Source of the DNA: Alphaproteobacteria bacterium
GTDB taxonomy: Bacteria > Pseudomonadota > Alphaproteobacteria > UBA6615
NCBI GenBank assembly: GCA_965248805.1
Contig: CBDFKJ010000008.1
Location: 316,209 to 380,208 of the forward strand
Length of the DNA: 64,000 nucleotides
Reading direction: 5' to 3'
In this document: positions 63,826-64,000 of the stretch, one piece after another
Position numbering within the stretch: the stretch's first letter is position 1
Layout of the letters: each line of letters starts with the position of its first letter
Notes under the pieces: model-generated
Told to the model about the DNA's origin: nothing
What the model saw: the letters and a program-made list of their open reading frames with translations, nothing else
Database searches by the model: none
Position numbers and translations under genes: made by a program

Positions 63826-64000
63826 TAGTGGATTGATCGGAATGAAAGAGTCCGAATTGGGATTCCGTATTTTGCTGTGTTATGCGAATCTGGCGCATGC
63901 GCAGTGGAATCTCCTTCACCCTATCCGCCGGCGACCGTCAGCGATTGCGCGCGGTCGTCGCGGATCCCAAGAGCCCGCAGAAACACGTCTGGCGGGCACA
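63826..64000 (+). mobile_element. IS630 family element, copy 3 (continues past the window)
   Basis: CTAGTGGATTGATCGG end; nearly identical to the 5' end of copy 1. Confidence 0.9.

Larger units (their letters stand above)
60839..63828 (+). pseudogene. Gly/Ala/Val-rich multipass membrane protein interrupted by three IS elements
   Basis: Segments 60839-61321, 62429-62646 and 63527-63828 join in frame (RASLH|FARAP; LAGT|RPVSG) and end LPSANAVLDWVSWGVSRLL at the third IS. Confidence 0.7.

Overview
GC-rich alphaproteobacterial (Rhodospirillales-like, by gene content) chromosome segment. The core genes are aroC, fabI, hemA, an opp ABC operon, polA, chvI-chvG-hprK-rapZ-PTS and uvrB. The window shows ongoing erosion: several frameshifted or nonsense pseudogenes, about 9 IS copies (IS5, IS630, IS1595, IS256, partly nested), and a decayed serine-recombinase island at tRNA-Arg(CCG). 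The most notable content is two remnants of one family of Mu-like transposable prophages. One is a 5,667-bp internally deleted element (45825-51491) with TGTA...TACA ends and a GTCGG target duplication, splitting an adenylate-cyclase gene. The other is a single-end remnant (~8470-9713) inside a metallo-beta-lactamase-fold gene. Both carry a MuF-type polymorphic-toxin slot next to the same end. The first remnant has a HExxH peptidase-like domain plus a probable protein immunity gene. The 5.7-kb element has a PBECR2-like nuclease tip followed by a ~65-nt tRNA-like RNA with its own antisense sigma70-type promoter, and then a decayed second tip+RNA copy with compensatory base changes. This is a candidate nuclease toxin / tRNA-mimic antitoxin system. 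All family assignments come from motifs recognised by eye; no database searches were run.
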